Positions 7,623 through 15,638 of a stretch of 32,811 bases of DNA are shown in pieces. The stretch comes from Chloroflexota bacterium. GTDB taxonomy: Bacteria > Chloroflexota > Limnocylindria > Limnocylindrales > CSP1-4. The stretch is taken from positions 12,155-44,965 of the forward strand of contig VBFZ01000124.1 of the NCBI GenBank assembly GCA_005880805.1. Direction: 5' to 3'. A model generated the notes under the pieces. That model was not told the DNA's origin. It saw only the letters and a program-made list of their open reading frames with translations, and did not search any database. Position 1 is the stretch's first letter; every line of letters starts with the position of its first letter. A program made the position numbers and the translations under genes.

Positions 7623-8190
7623 GGGAGCCCTCCGCATGGGTGGCAGCGTCGGGGATCGCCGTGTCACCGCTGGCCGCCCCGGTCGGGCCTGCTCCGTCCG
7701 CGGCCGCGCTCATTGCCCGCAGGCGCTCGAGGCGGGCGAGAATCCGGCGCTCGCGCTCGTCCAGCCGCTCCTCGATATCGGGCGGGAACAGGAAACGTCC
7801 GCCCGCGGTTCGAATGCCGAACGCGATCGCGACCGCATAGTCGGCTTCGTGGCTGATCGACACGGCAATCCGTTCCATGCCGAGCTGCTCGGCGCGGGCG
7901 GCGGCGCGACCGTGGAGCCGGATGGCGGGCTGACCGGTCGGGAGGCGCTCCACCTCGATCTCCCGCCAGCCGATACCGCGCACGCCGAGGCCGAGGACTT
8001 TCGACGCGGCCTCCTTCGCCGCCCAGCGGCCGGCAAGCGTCTCCGGCCGGTCGCGTACGTAGCGGTGCTCCGATGGCGTCAGCACGCGTGCGGAGAAGCG
8101 CGAACCGAACCGTTCGAGGGTCCGCCGGATCCGATCGACCTTGATGATGTCGATCCCGAGTTCGCTGGTCTGCGGGGGCGCGCTCGACAT
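7615..8190 (-). CDS. acpS: Holo-[acyl-carrier-protein] synthase with a C-terminal extension
   Basis: GIDI, AGRWAAKEA..K.LG.G, GQP, SISHE..YAVA. Confidence 0.94.
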   Translation of the reverse strand: MSSAPPQTSELGIDIIKVDRIRRTLERFGSRFSARVLTPSEHRYVRDRPETLAGRWAAKEAASKVLGLGVRGIGWREIEVERLPTGQPAIRLHGRAAARAEQLGMERIAVSISHEADYAVAIAFGIRTAGGRFLFPPDIEERLDERERRILARLERLRAMSAAADGAGPTGAASGDTAIPDAATHAEGSRA

Positions 8191-8193
8191 CGC

Positions 8194-9965
8194 CTACTCC
8201 ACCGTCACGGACTTGGCGAGGTTGCGCGGCTGGTCGACGTCCGTGCCGCGCGCCACCGCGGTGTGGTAGGCGAACAGCTGGAGCGGGATGACGGCCAGGA
8301 TCGGGGATAGCGCCTCGTGGGTATCCGGTACCCAGCAGACGTCGTCCGCGAAGCGCTCGATCTGCTCGTCGCCCTCGGTCGCCACCGCGATCACCTTGGC
8401 GTCGCGCGCGCGGCCCTCCATGACGTTGCTGATGAGCTTCTCGTACACCGACGAGCGTGTGGCGACAGCGACGAGCGGGCACTCGGCGTCCAGCAGCGAA
8501 ATCGGGCCGTGCTTGAGCTCGCCGGCAGCGTACCCCTCGGCATGGAGGTAGCTGATCTCCTTGAGCTTCAGCGCGCCCTCGAGCGCGGCCGGGTAGCCGT
8601 ATCCGCGCCCGACGAACATGAAGCCGCGCGAGTTGACGTACCGCCGCGCGAGCTCCGAAGCGCCGGCCGCCGAATCCAGCGCGCGCTGGGCGGCTTCGGG
8701 GAGGCGGCGCAGCGCGCCCGCCAGTTCACGCTCCTCGTCCTCGGGGAGCGTCCCCCGAATCCTGCCGATGCCGGCGGCGAGCACGATGAGCGTCGTCACC
8801 TGCGCCACGAACGTCTTGGAGGCGGCCACCGCGATCTCCGGCCCGGCCTGCAGGAACAGGACCGCGTCGGCTTCGCGCGTGATCGCGGAGCCCACGGTGT
8901 TGGTCACCGCGATGACGGGGCAGCCGCGCTCGCGCGCAAGGCGCGTCGGGGCGATCGTGTCGGCGGTTTCGCCCGACTGGGTGACGGCGATGACCAGCGT
9001 GTCCGGGCCGAGCGGCGGGGGGCTGTAGCGGAACTCGGAGCCGATGGTCGCCCGTGCCGGCAGCCCGGTCCAGTCCTGGAGCGCCGCCGCTCCGACGAGC
9101 GAGGCGTAGTAGGCGGTGGCTCCTCGACGCGGATCCGGTCGTCGCGTCCGACCCGGCCGGCGATCGATTGGCGGAGTGCCTCCGGCTGCTCGTGGATCTC
9201 CTTGAGCATGAAGTGCTCGTAGCCGCCCTTCTCGGCCATCTCGGCCGACCAGGAGATCGTCGTGACCGATCGATCGACAGGCCGCCCGGCGATGTCGGTG
9301 ATCGTCACCCCGCTCGGGCGCAGGTCGGCGACGTCGCCCTCCTCGAGGAAGATGACCTGGTCGGTGTGGGCGAGGATCGCCGCGACGTCGCTCGCCAGGA
9401 AGCCTTCCCCGTCGGCCACGCCGACCACCAGCGGCACGTTCATCCGCGCCCCGACGAGGCGGTCGGCCTCGCCACGATGCATGACCGCGATCGCGTAGGC
9501 ACCTTCCAGTCGGGCGAGCGCGGCTCGCGTCGCGTCGGCGATGTCGCCACCGTAGGCGTCCTCGATCAGGTGGGCGATGGCCTCGGTGTCAGTCTCGGAT
9601 GCCAGCTTGTGGCCTTCCTTCTCGAGCTCATCGCGCAGCTCCCGGAAGTTCTCGATGATCCCGTTGTGGATCACCGTGATGTCGCCCGTGCAGTCCTGGT
9701 GGGGATGCGCGTTGAGATCGTTCGGCCGCCCGTGCGTCGCCCAGCGGGTGTGAGCCAGCCCGATCGCCGCATGGGGCGTGCGGTCCTCGATGGCGGTCTG
9801 AAGCACCGCCAGCTTGCCGGCCCGCTTCTCCACGAACAGGTCGCCCTGCTCGTCGACGAGCGCGATGCCGGCCGAGTCGTAACCGCGGTATTCGAGCCGG
9901 CGAAGGCCTTCGATCAGGATCGGACCGGCTTCGCGCGGTCCGGTGTAGCCAACGATGCCGCACAT
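8194..9965 (-). pseudogene. glmS: Glutamine--fructose-6-phosphate transaminase GlmS, interrupted by a frameshifting deletion at ~9118-9119 (real lesion or assembly artefact)
   Basis: MCGIVG, EYRGYDSAG, HTRWATHG, HNGIIEN, MLKEIHEQP in one frame; TAYYA..SEFRY..QSGETADT..ALEGALKLKE..PRNLAKSVTVE in another frame; the conserved ..ACG segment is missing. Confidence 0.9.
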
Positions 9966-9977
9966 GCGGGTGCTGTT

Positions 9978-9997
9978 CTCCGTGGTCGCCCGCGGAG
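9978..9997 (-). promoter_or_regulatory. GNRA-capped hairpin covering the likely glmS Shine-Dalgarno
   Basis: mRNA CUCCGCGG-GCGA-CCACGGAG, 7 of 8 pairs; the 3' arm holds GGAG 12 nt before the ATG. Confidence 0.35.
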
Positions 9998-10013
9998 GAA
10001 CCGCAAGGCGGGG

Positions 10014-11348
10014 CTAGTTTAGTCGCTGGCCTGCGAGGTCAGCCAAGGTGTCGGCCAGCTCGCCGACGAGCGATTCGTCCTCCCCCTCGACCATGACCCG
10101 CAGCGCGGGCTCCGTCCCCGAAGGCCGGACGAGCACGCGACCAGACGGACCAAGCCGGCCCTCCGCTGCTCGAATCGCGCGCTGCAGCTCCAGATCGCCC
10201 TCCCACTGGTCCTTGTGCCTGGCCGGGACGGCTCGCTGCTGCTGGGGCAGGAGCGGAATGTCCGCCGCCAGCTCTGCGAGGGTCGCGCCGCGGCGGGCCA
10301 TGACGCGCAGCACCTCCAGGGCCGTGACGATGCCATCGCCCGAAGTCGTGTGCTCGAGCACGATGACATGCCCGCTCTTCTCCCCGCCCAGACCCGCGCC
10401 GCTCACGAGCATGCCGTCGAGGATGTACTTGTCGCCGACCGGCGTCCGGATGACCTGGCCGCCGGCGGCCTCGACCACTGACTGCAGGCCGCCGTTCGAC
10501 AGCACGGACACGACGAGGCCGCCCTTCGGCAGGGCCTGCCGGCCAAGACGGTCGAGGGCCAGGATGCCCAGCACCTGGTCGCCGTCGACCACCGCCCCGG
10601 ACGCATCGACCGCGATCAGCCGATCCGCGTCGCCGTCGAGCGCGAAGCCGACGTCGGTGCCCCGCGAAACCACCGCCTGGGCGAGGACCTCCGGGTGCGT
10701 CGCGCCGGAGTTGACGTTGATGTTCACCCCGTCGGGCTCGTTGTGGATCACCTCGACCGACGCACCGGTGGCAGCCAGAATCTCAGGCCCGACGACGCCG
10801 CCGGAGCCATTGGCGCAATCGAGGAGGACGCGTGTCCCGCTCGCGCCGACCGTCCGCGCGAGCTCCATCCGATGCCGGCGGTAATCGTCGAGCAGGCGGG
10901 TGGCATCGAACGAGCGGCCGAGCTGCTCGTTATCGACGCCACCCAGCTCGTCGGCGCGCCAGATGAGCTGCTCCAGCTCGTCCTCGACCGCATCGTCGAG
11001 CTTCAGCCCACGTTCGTCGAGGACCTTGAGCCCGTTGTCCTCGGCGGGGTTGTGCGACGCGGAGACCATGATCCCCGCCGCGAAGCTGCCGTTGCCGGCG
11101 AGGTAGGCCAGGGCCGGCGTCGGGACGATCCCGGTACGGTGGACGTCCACCCCCATGCTGGTCGCCCCGGCCGTGATCGCGGCCACGAACATGTCCCCGG
11201 AACGTCGCGTGTCCTGGCCGACGACGATCGCGTTGCCGGGTCGCACGAGCCGTTTTGCGGTGGCGCGCCCAAGCGCGAATGCCGTGGTTGGGCGCAGGTC
11301 GACGTTGGCGACGCCACGGATCCCGTCCGTGCCGAACAGGCGAGGCAT
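10014..11348 (-). CDS. glmM: Phosphoglucosamine mutase
   Basis: LFGTDGIRG, phosphoserine loop SASHNP, DGDADR, GGEKSGH, RPSGTEP. Confidence 0.97.
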   Translation of the reverse strand: MPRLFGTDGIRGVANVDLRPTTAFALGRATAKRLVRPGNAIVVGQDTRRSGDMFVAAITAGATSMGVDVHRTGIVPTPALAYLAGNGSFAAGIMVSASHNPAEDNGLKVLDERGLKLDDAVEDELEQLIWRADELGGVDNEQLGRSFDATRLLDDYRRHRMELARTVGASGTRVLLDCANGSGGVVGPEILAATGASVEVIHNEPDGVNINVNSGATHPEVLAQAVVSRGTDVGFALDGDADRLIAVDASGAVVDGDQVLGILALDRLGRQALPKGGLVVSVLSNGGLQSVVEAAGGQVIRTPVGDKYILDGMLVSGAGLGGEKSGHVIVLEHTTSGDGIVTALEVLRVMARRGATLAELAADIPLLPQQQRAVPARHKDQWEGDLELQRAIRAAEGRLGPSGRVLVRPSGTEPALRVMVEGEDESLVGELADTLADLAGQRLN

Positions 11349-11351
11349 CGG

Positions 11352-12590
11352 CTATGGACCGCTGGGTGAGGGACTCGGACCGGGCGGCAATCCGACGGTG
11401 ACGGTGACGTGCGCCGGGCTGAGGGCCATGAGCACCACGCCGGTGGGCAGGTTCACCTTGGGCACGACGTCGTGACTCCCGACCCCAAGCCCGTCGACGT
11501 CGACGGTCAGCGTGAAGCCGCTGCCTTGCAGGGCGTCGAGGTCGCTGACGTTGCCGCCGAGGGTCACGATGACCTGGTCGGTGGACAGCGCGTAGGTACG
11601 GTCATCACGGGCCCCGGAAAGGACCATGCCTGCACTGAACGAGCGCGTCCCCTTCACGGCGCCGATGTGGATGCTCACCTGGACGTCCGACGAGCCGATT
11701 GGCGAAAGGCCGGATGGCAGGTTGAGGGTCACCGTCTGGTTGACGTCGGCGGAGGCGCCGGAGACGGAGATGGGCGCCGTGTCGACCTTCGCGAGAGAGG
11801 CCAGGACGAGCGCGTCGCCCTCGATTGAGACGACGAGCGGCTTGACCGTCACGGACAGCACGTTGAAGCCCGTGGCGGGCGTGCCGTTCACGACGGGGTT
11901 GACGGGCAGCGACTTCGACTCGAGCTGGCTTCCGACGAGGATCTTCACGTGGACGCTCGAGGGCGACAGCCGGACGGGCGCGACCGGCTCACCGCGGGCG
12001 TCGACCGCGATCAGGTCGACCGACTGGTCTACGGAGACGCCGGACCGGTCGATCCGCACCTGGGCGACGGCGTCGGTCACCTGGCTCACGACCGATTCGG
12101 ATCCTGACACGCCCACCTCCGTGACGTCCAGGACCGGATCGCGTACCTGAAGGTTGTTGGGCACCGTCCCGTGGTCGACGACGACGGGCACGGTCTTGGT
12201 TCGCAGCGGGTCCAGACGGACGCGGATCTGCCGCGGCGACCAGTCGATGACCCTGATCGCCCCGTCCGACGAGTCAACGGTCACGGGGACGTCGACGAAG
12301 CCGCTCGGGTCGGGCGCCGCATCCGCGAGATCGACCTGGGCGTGGAAGGTGGCCCGGGAAACCCGGGTCGCCGCATCGGGCGGTGCAAAGTAGCGGACGT
12401 TGGTGACCGTCGGCAGGGGTCCGAGCAGGACGGCCGACTCGGGCTGATGGACGACGTCGATCGTCAGCTCGCCGGGCCACTCGCGCGCGTTCGTCGAGAG
12501 CGCGAAGACGCCGTAGAGGACCGTTGCCAGCACGACGGCCGCGACCTTGAGCGGCCAGTTATGGAAGAGAAAGGCGACCAGCCTCGTCAA
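11352..12590 (-). CDS. cdaR: CdaR/YbbR-like regulator of diadenylate cyclase
   Basis: N-terminal NWPLKVAAVVLATVLY anchor, repeated beta-rich YbbR-like domains; TTG start overlaps the cdaA stop; lies between cdaA and glmM. Confidence 0.88.
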   Translation of the reverse strand: MTRLVAFLFHNWPLKVAAVVLATVLYGVFALSTNAREWPGELTIDVVHQPESAVLLGPLPTVTNVRYFAPPDAATRVSRATFHAQVDLADAAPDPSGFVDVPVTVDSSDGAIRVIDWSPRQIRVRLDPLRTKTVPVVVDHGTVPNNLQVRDPVLDVTEVGVSGSESVVSQVTDAVAQVRIDRSGVSVDQSVDLIAVDARGEPVAPVRLSPSSVHVKILVGSQLESKSLPVNPVVNGTPATGFNVLSVTVKPLVVSIEGDALVLASLAKVDTAPISVSGASADVNQTVTLNLPSGLSPIGSSDVQVSIHIGAVKGTRSFSAGMVLSGARDDRTYALSTDQVIVTLGGNVSDLDALQGSGFTLTVDVDGLGVGSHDVVPKVNLPTGVVLMALSPAHVTVTVGLPPGPSPSPSGP

Positions 12591-13537
12591 TGGCTGGGCC
12601 TCACCGAGGCGGCGGCGGCTGAGTCATCTTCCGCGGGTGTCGCCTCGCGCCGTAGGCGCCGTCGCGCGACCATGCCACCGACCTGGCTGAGCCGCGGGGC
12701 GCGACCGCCGGAGCCCTCAGGCCGATCAGGGCCCCGACCGAACAGCGTGCGCCGGCTGCCGGACGGGTTCAGGAGCGCGGTGATCGCTCGCGTGAGCTGG
12801 CTCTCATTCAGGTTGCGCACGATGCGCGCCCGCTCGACGAGGCTGATCTGCCGGTTCTCCTCCGAAACGACGATGACGACCGCGTCGGTCTGCTCGGTGA
12901 TCCCCAATGCCGCGCGGTGACGGGTCCCGAATCGCTCCGTGTGGACGGTCGTCTCGGCAAGTGGGAGCAGTGCGCCGGCCGCGACGATCGTCTCGTCTCG
13001 GATCACGACCGCGCCGTCGTGGAGCGCGCTGCGGGGCATGAAGATCGTCGCCAGCAGGTCGGCGGAGAGGTCGCCGTGGATCATGACGCCGGTCTCGGCG
13101 ATCTCCTCGAGACCCGTTTCGCGCTCGATCACGATGAGCGCGCCGTGGCCCTCCACGGACAGGACGGCCGCGGCACGCGCGACTTCGCGCGCGACGCGCT
13201 CGGCCATCCGCTGGGCCGCCGGTGAGGCCAGCCACGACAGCGACCCGACCCGGCCGATGCGTTCCAGGGCACGTCGCAGCTCGGGCTGGAACACGACCAC
13301 GAGGGCGAAGACCCCGACGACGGCGCCGGTCTGGAGGATCTGCGAGAGCAGCCGCAGCCCGAGCGCCTGCGCTGCCGCGTAGACGAGGAACAGGACGCTG
13401 ACACCGATCACGAGGCGGACCGCGCGCGTCCCGCGGATCAGGCTGAAAAGCCAATAGATGAGGAGTGAGGTGATCCCGATGTCGATCAGCGTGGTCGGTC
13501 GAACCTGATCGAGGATCGACTGGATGAGCTGCGGCAT
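12587..13537 (-). CDS. cdaA: Membrane diadenylate cyclase CdaA (DacA)
   Basis: Three N-terminal TM segments, FQPELRRALE, catalytic HDGA and GTRHRAA, VSEE. Confidence 0.96.
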   Translation of the reverse strand: MPQLIQSILDQVRPTTLIDIGITSLLIYWLFSLIRGTRAVRLVIGVSVLFLVYAAAQALGLRLLSQILQTGAVVGVFALVVVFQPELRRALERIGRVGSLSWLASPAAQRMAERVAREVARAAAVLSVEGHGALIVIERETGLEEIAETGVMIHGDLSADLLATIFMPRSALHDGAVVIRDETIVAAGALLPLAETTVHTERFGTRHRAALGITEQTDAVVIVVSEENRQISLVERARIVRNLNESQLTRAITALLNPSGSRRTLFGRGPDRPEGSGGRAPRLSQVGGMVARRRLRREATPAEDDSAAAASVRPSH

Positions 13538-13546
13538 CGTCTGGAA

Positions 13547-13552
13547 AGTGTA
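13547..13552 (-). promoter_or_regulatory. Putative -10 box (TACACT) for the cdaA operon, very short leader
   Basis: TANNNT 9 nt upstream of the cdaA ATG; no SD. Confidence 0.45.
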
Positions 13553-13630
13553 GCCGACGAGGCTTGGGCGGTCGCCGGTGAGCGGGCTCAGATGGCCTTG
13601 CGCCAGGCTCGTCGGGCGTTCACCCGGCGC

Positions 13631-13677
13631 TCGTCAGGCAGTCGTCAGGCGGCGCGCGAGGCGGTCGTCAGGCAGTC
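13631..13677. repeat. 13-nt direct repeat duplicating the TPR-gene stop region, plus a third partial copy
   Basis: tcgtcaggcagtc at 13631-13643 and 13665-13677; tcgtcaggc at 13642-13650. Confidence 0.55.
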
Positions 13678-14603
13678 AGGGCGGCCAGGCGCGGATCGTC
13701 CGCGAAGTTCGTCGCCGCGAGCTCCAGAACCCGATCCCGGACCTCTGCGTCGCCGGTCAGCTCCGCCATGCGGGCCAGCAGCGCCAGCTTCTCGGCAGCG
13801 TGGGGGCGCCACCCACGCGTGAGGTACAGGTCGACCAGGGCCAGGTGCGTCTCCGAGTCGTCCGGGGCGAACGACAGAACGAGATAGCAGCTCTCGAGTG
13901 CCGCGTCGGTCTCCCCTGCCCTCGCGTGCGCCCGTGCCGCTGCAACGAGCCCTGTGCGCGCGGCGTCACGGTCGCCGGCGTCAAGCGCGCGCATCGCATC
14001 GGCCGCCAGCTCGACCCCACGTACGACCGGCTCTTCAGCGCCTGCCTCCGCCTCGCCAACCGTCTCTTCCTGGTCGTCCGCTGCGCGACCTGCTGGCGTC
14101 CCGCGCCTGGGCGGTTCGAGGACCGCCATGGCTCGGGCGATCGCAGCTTCGGCGCCCTGGCCGTCCATCTCGTGCAGGCGCGCGACAAGGTCCTTGACAT
14201 GCCGGCGTCGGCTCCGGGATTCGGCCTGCTCGAGCGCGCGTCGGGCAGAGTCGCACGCGTCGGCCACGCGCCGGGACGCCTCCTGAACTTCAGACAGCCG
14301 GTCGAGCGTCTCGGCCGCCTCGACCCGCCGGCCGGCTGCCGCCAGCACGTCGGCGCGACCCCCAAGGGCTGCCTCGTCACGTGGAGCCCGGTCGAGGGCG
14401 CGATCGTAGGCGACCAGCGCGTCGTTCAGCCGCGCGAGACGGACGAGGACGGCACCCAGGCCGACATGCGGCACCGGACGGTCGGGCGCGAGTGTCGCGG
14501 CCTCGGCATAGGCGTCGATCGCGAGGTCGAGCCGGCCTCGCTGCGCGGCGACGTGACCGCGCCGCAGGGCCTCCTTGTACTGCTCGAACACCGCCTCGTT
14601 CAT
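13668..14603 (-). CDS. Tetratricopeptide-repeat-like protein
   Basis: Repeated A..AY..A..L.P units (AIDAYAEAATLAP, ALVAYDRALDRAP, ALESCYLVLSFAP). Confidence 0.82.
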   Translation of the reverse strand: MNEAVFEQYKEALRRGHVAAQRGRLDLAIDAYAEAATLAPDRPVPHVGLGAVLVRLARLNDALVAYDRALDRAPRDEAALGGRADVLAAAGRRVEAAETLDRLSEVQEASRRVADACDSARRALEQAESRSRRRHVKDLVARLHEMDGQGAEAAIARAMAVLEPPRRGTPAGRAADDQEETVGEAEAGAEEPVVRGVELAADAMRALDAGDRDAARTGLVAAARAHARAGETDAALESCYLVLSFAPDDSETHLALVDLYLTRGWRPHAAEKLALLARMAELTGDAEVRDRVLELAATNFADDPRLAALTA

Positions 14604-14610
14604 GGCCTCG

Positions 14611-14616
14611 AACCTA
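14611..14616 (-). promoter_or_regulatory. Putative -10 box (TAGGTT) of a leaderless promoter for the TPR gene
   Basis: TANNNT 7 nt upstream of ATG 14603; no SD. Confidence 0.55.
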
Positions 14617-14707
14617 ACGCGCGGCGGTGCGAGCCGTCACCCTCCCGATGGTCATGGCTCTCGCTGAAAGCCTCCCTAAGGCCATGCCCGGATGCGGGAG
14701 ATTGCGC

Positions 14708-14805
14708 GCCTCGCCGCCGTCCTGAACTGGCACCCTCAGCAGGGTGCTGCCGCTCGCGCACCGAAGGCGGAGGCGAGGCTCCGGCGAGCGATCCGCCTGA
14801 GGTTT
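14708..14805 (-). repeat. Structured intergenic repeat, copy A (related to 32227-32316)
   Basis: 48/61 identity by hand alignment to 32227-32287; stem gcctcgcc 14708-14715 / ggcgaggc 14772-14779; inner hairpin 14730-14747. Confidence 0.65.
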
Positions 14806-15204
14806 TTAGCGCTTCGTGTACTGCGGGGCTTTCCGCGCGCGCTTGAGGCCGTACTTCTTGCGCTCCTTCATCCGCGGATCGCGGGTCAGGAGGCCCGCCT
14901 GGCGGAGCGGAAGCCGGTGCCCTTCGGGATCGAGCTGCAGCAGCGCCCTGGCGATACCGTGCCGGATCGCCCCTGCCTGGCCCGTCACACCGCCACCCTC
15001 GACCTTGATCATGGCGTTGAAGCGGCCTTCCGTGCCCGTGACGCGGAACGGCATGCGCACGTCGGCCTCGTTGACCGCGTTCCCGAAGTGCTCGTCGAGG
15101 GTCCGGCCATTGATCACGATCTCGCCTTCGCCGGGAAGCAGGCGGACGCGAGCGATCGCCGTCTTCCGGCGGCCCGTCCCGAAGTAGAACGCAGGCGTCG
15201 TCAT
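14806..15204 (-). CDS. rpsI: 30S ribosomal protein S9
   Basis: [45 protein letters not shown]. Confidence 0.98.
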   Translation of the reverse strand: MTTPAFYFGTGRRKTAIARVRLLPGEGEIVINGRTLDEHFGNAVNEADVRMPFRVTGTEGRFNAMIKVEGGGVTGQAGAIRHGIARALLQLDPEGHRLPLRQAGLLTRDPRMKERKKYGLKRARKAPQYTKR

Positions 15205-15638
15205 CGTGCTCCTCGTGTGTCGAGCGGCTGCGGCCGCTGTGCCGTGTGCGGGTGGTCCGATCCGGCGTAGATCTTGAGCTTGCGGAGCTGCTGCGTGCCG
15301 AGCTTCGTGCGCGGCAGCATCCCCTTGACAGCCCGCCGGATCACCTCTTCGGGCCGGCGCTCAAGGAGATGACCGAGGGTCTCCTCCTTGAGGCCCTGGG
15401 GATAACCACTGTGACGGACGTAGACCTTGGAATCACGCTTGTCACGCGTGACCGCGACCCTGGCGGCGTTGACGACGATCACGTGATCGCCGGAATCGAG
15501 GTTCATGGCGTAGTAAGGCTTGTGCTTGCCTTCGAGCACGCGCGCGATCCGCGACGCGAGGCGACCGAGGGTCTGGTCCGTCGCGTCCACGACGTACCAC
15601 CCGCGCTCGATGTCGCTCTCGGAAAGCTTCGCAGTCAT
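15201..15638 (-). CDS. rplM: 50S ribosomal protein L13
   Basis: WYVVDA..LGRLAS, GKHKP, HSGYP.G, AVKGMLP; ATG 15638 overlaps the truA stop. Confidence 0.97.
   Translation of the reverse strand: MTAKLSESDIERGWYVVDATDQTLGRLASRIARVLEGKHKPYYAMNLDSGDHVIVVNAARVAVTRDKRDSKVYVRHSGYPQGLKEETLGHLLERRPEEVIRRAVKGMLPRTKLGTQQLRKLKIYAGSDHPHTAQRPQPLDTRGAR

Noticed and set aside
7615-7667. AcpS-NnrD fusion split by a frameshift
   Set aside because: nnrD has its own GGAGG plus GTG at 7622 overlapping the acpS end, which is normal translational coupling.
9110-9125. Programmed ribosomal frameshift in glmS
   Set aside because: No slippery sequence, and conserved residues are physically absent, so recoding could not restore the enzyme.
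9966-10013. glmS ribozyme
   Set aside because: The spacer is only 48 nt, far shorter than the ribozyme, and no core consensus is visible.
13631-13677. Mini CRISPR array
   Set aside because: Repeats are only 9-13 nt with irregular spacing, and there are no cas genes in the window.
14617-14805. c-di-AMP (ydaO) riboswitch upstream of TPR-cdaA
   Set aside because: A cgctgaa word occurs only on the non-coding strand and the other consensus blocks are absent; the region also lies upstream of the putative TPR promoter.
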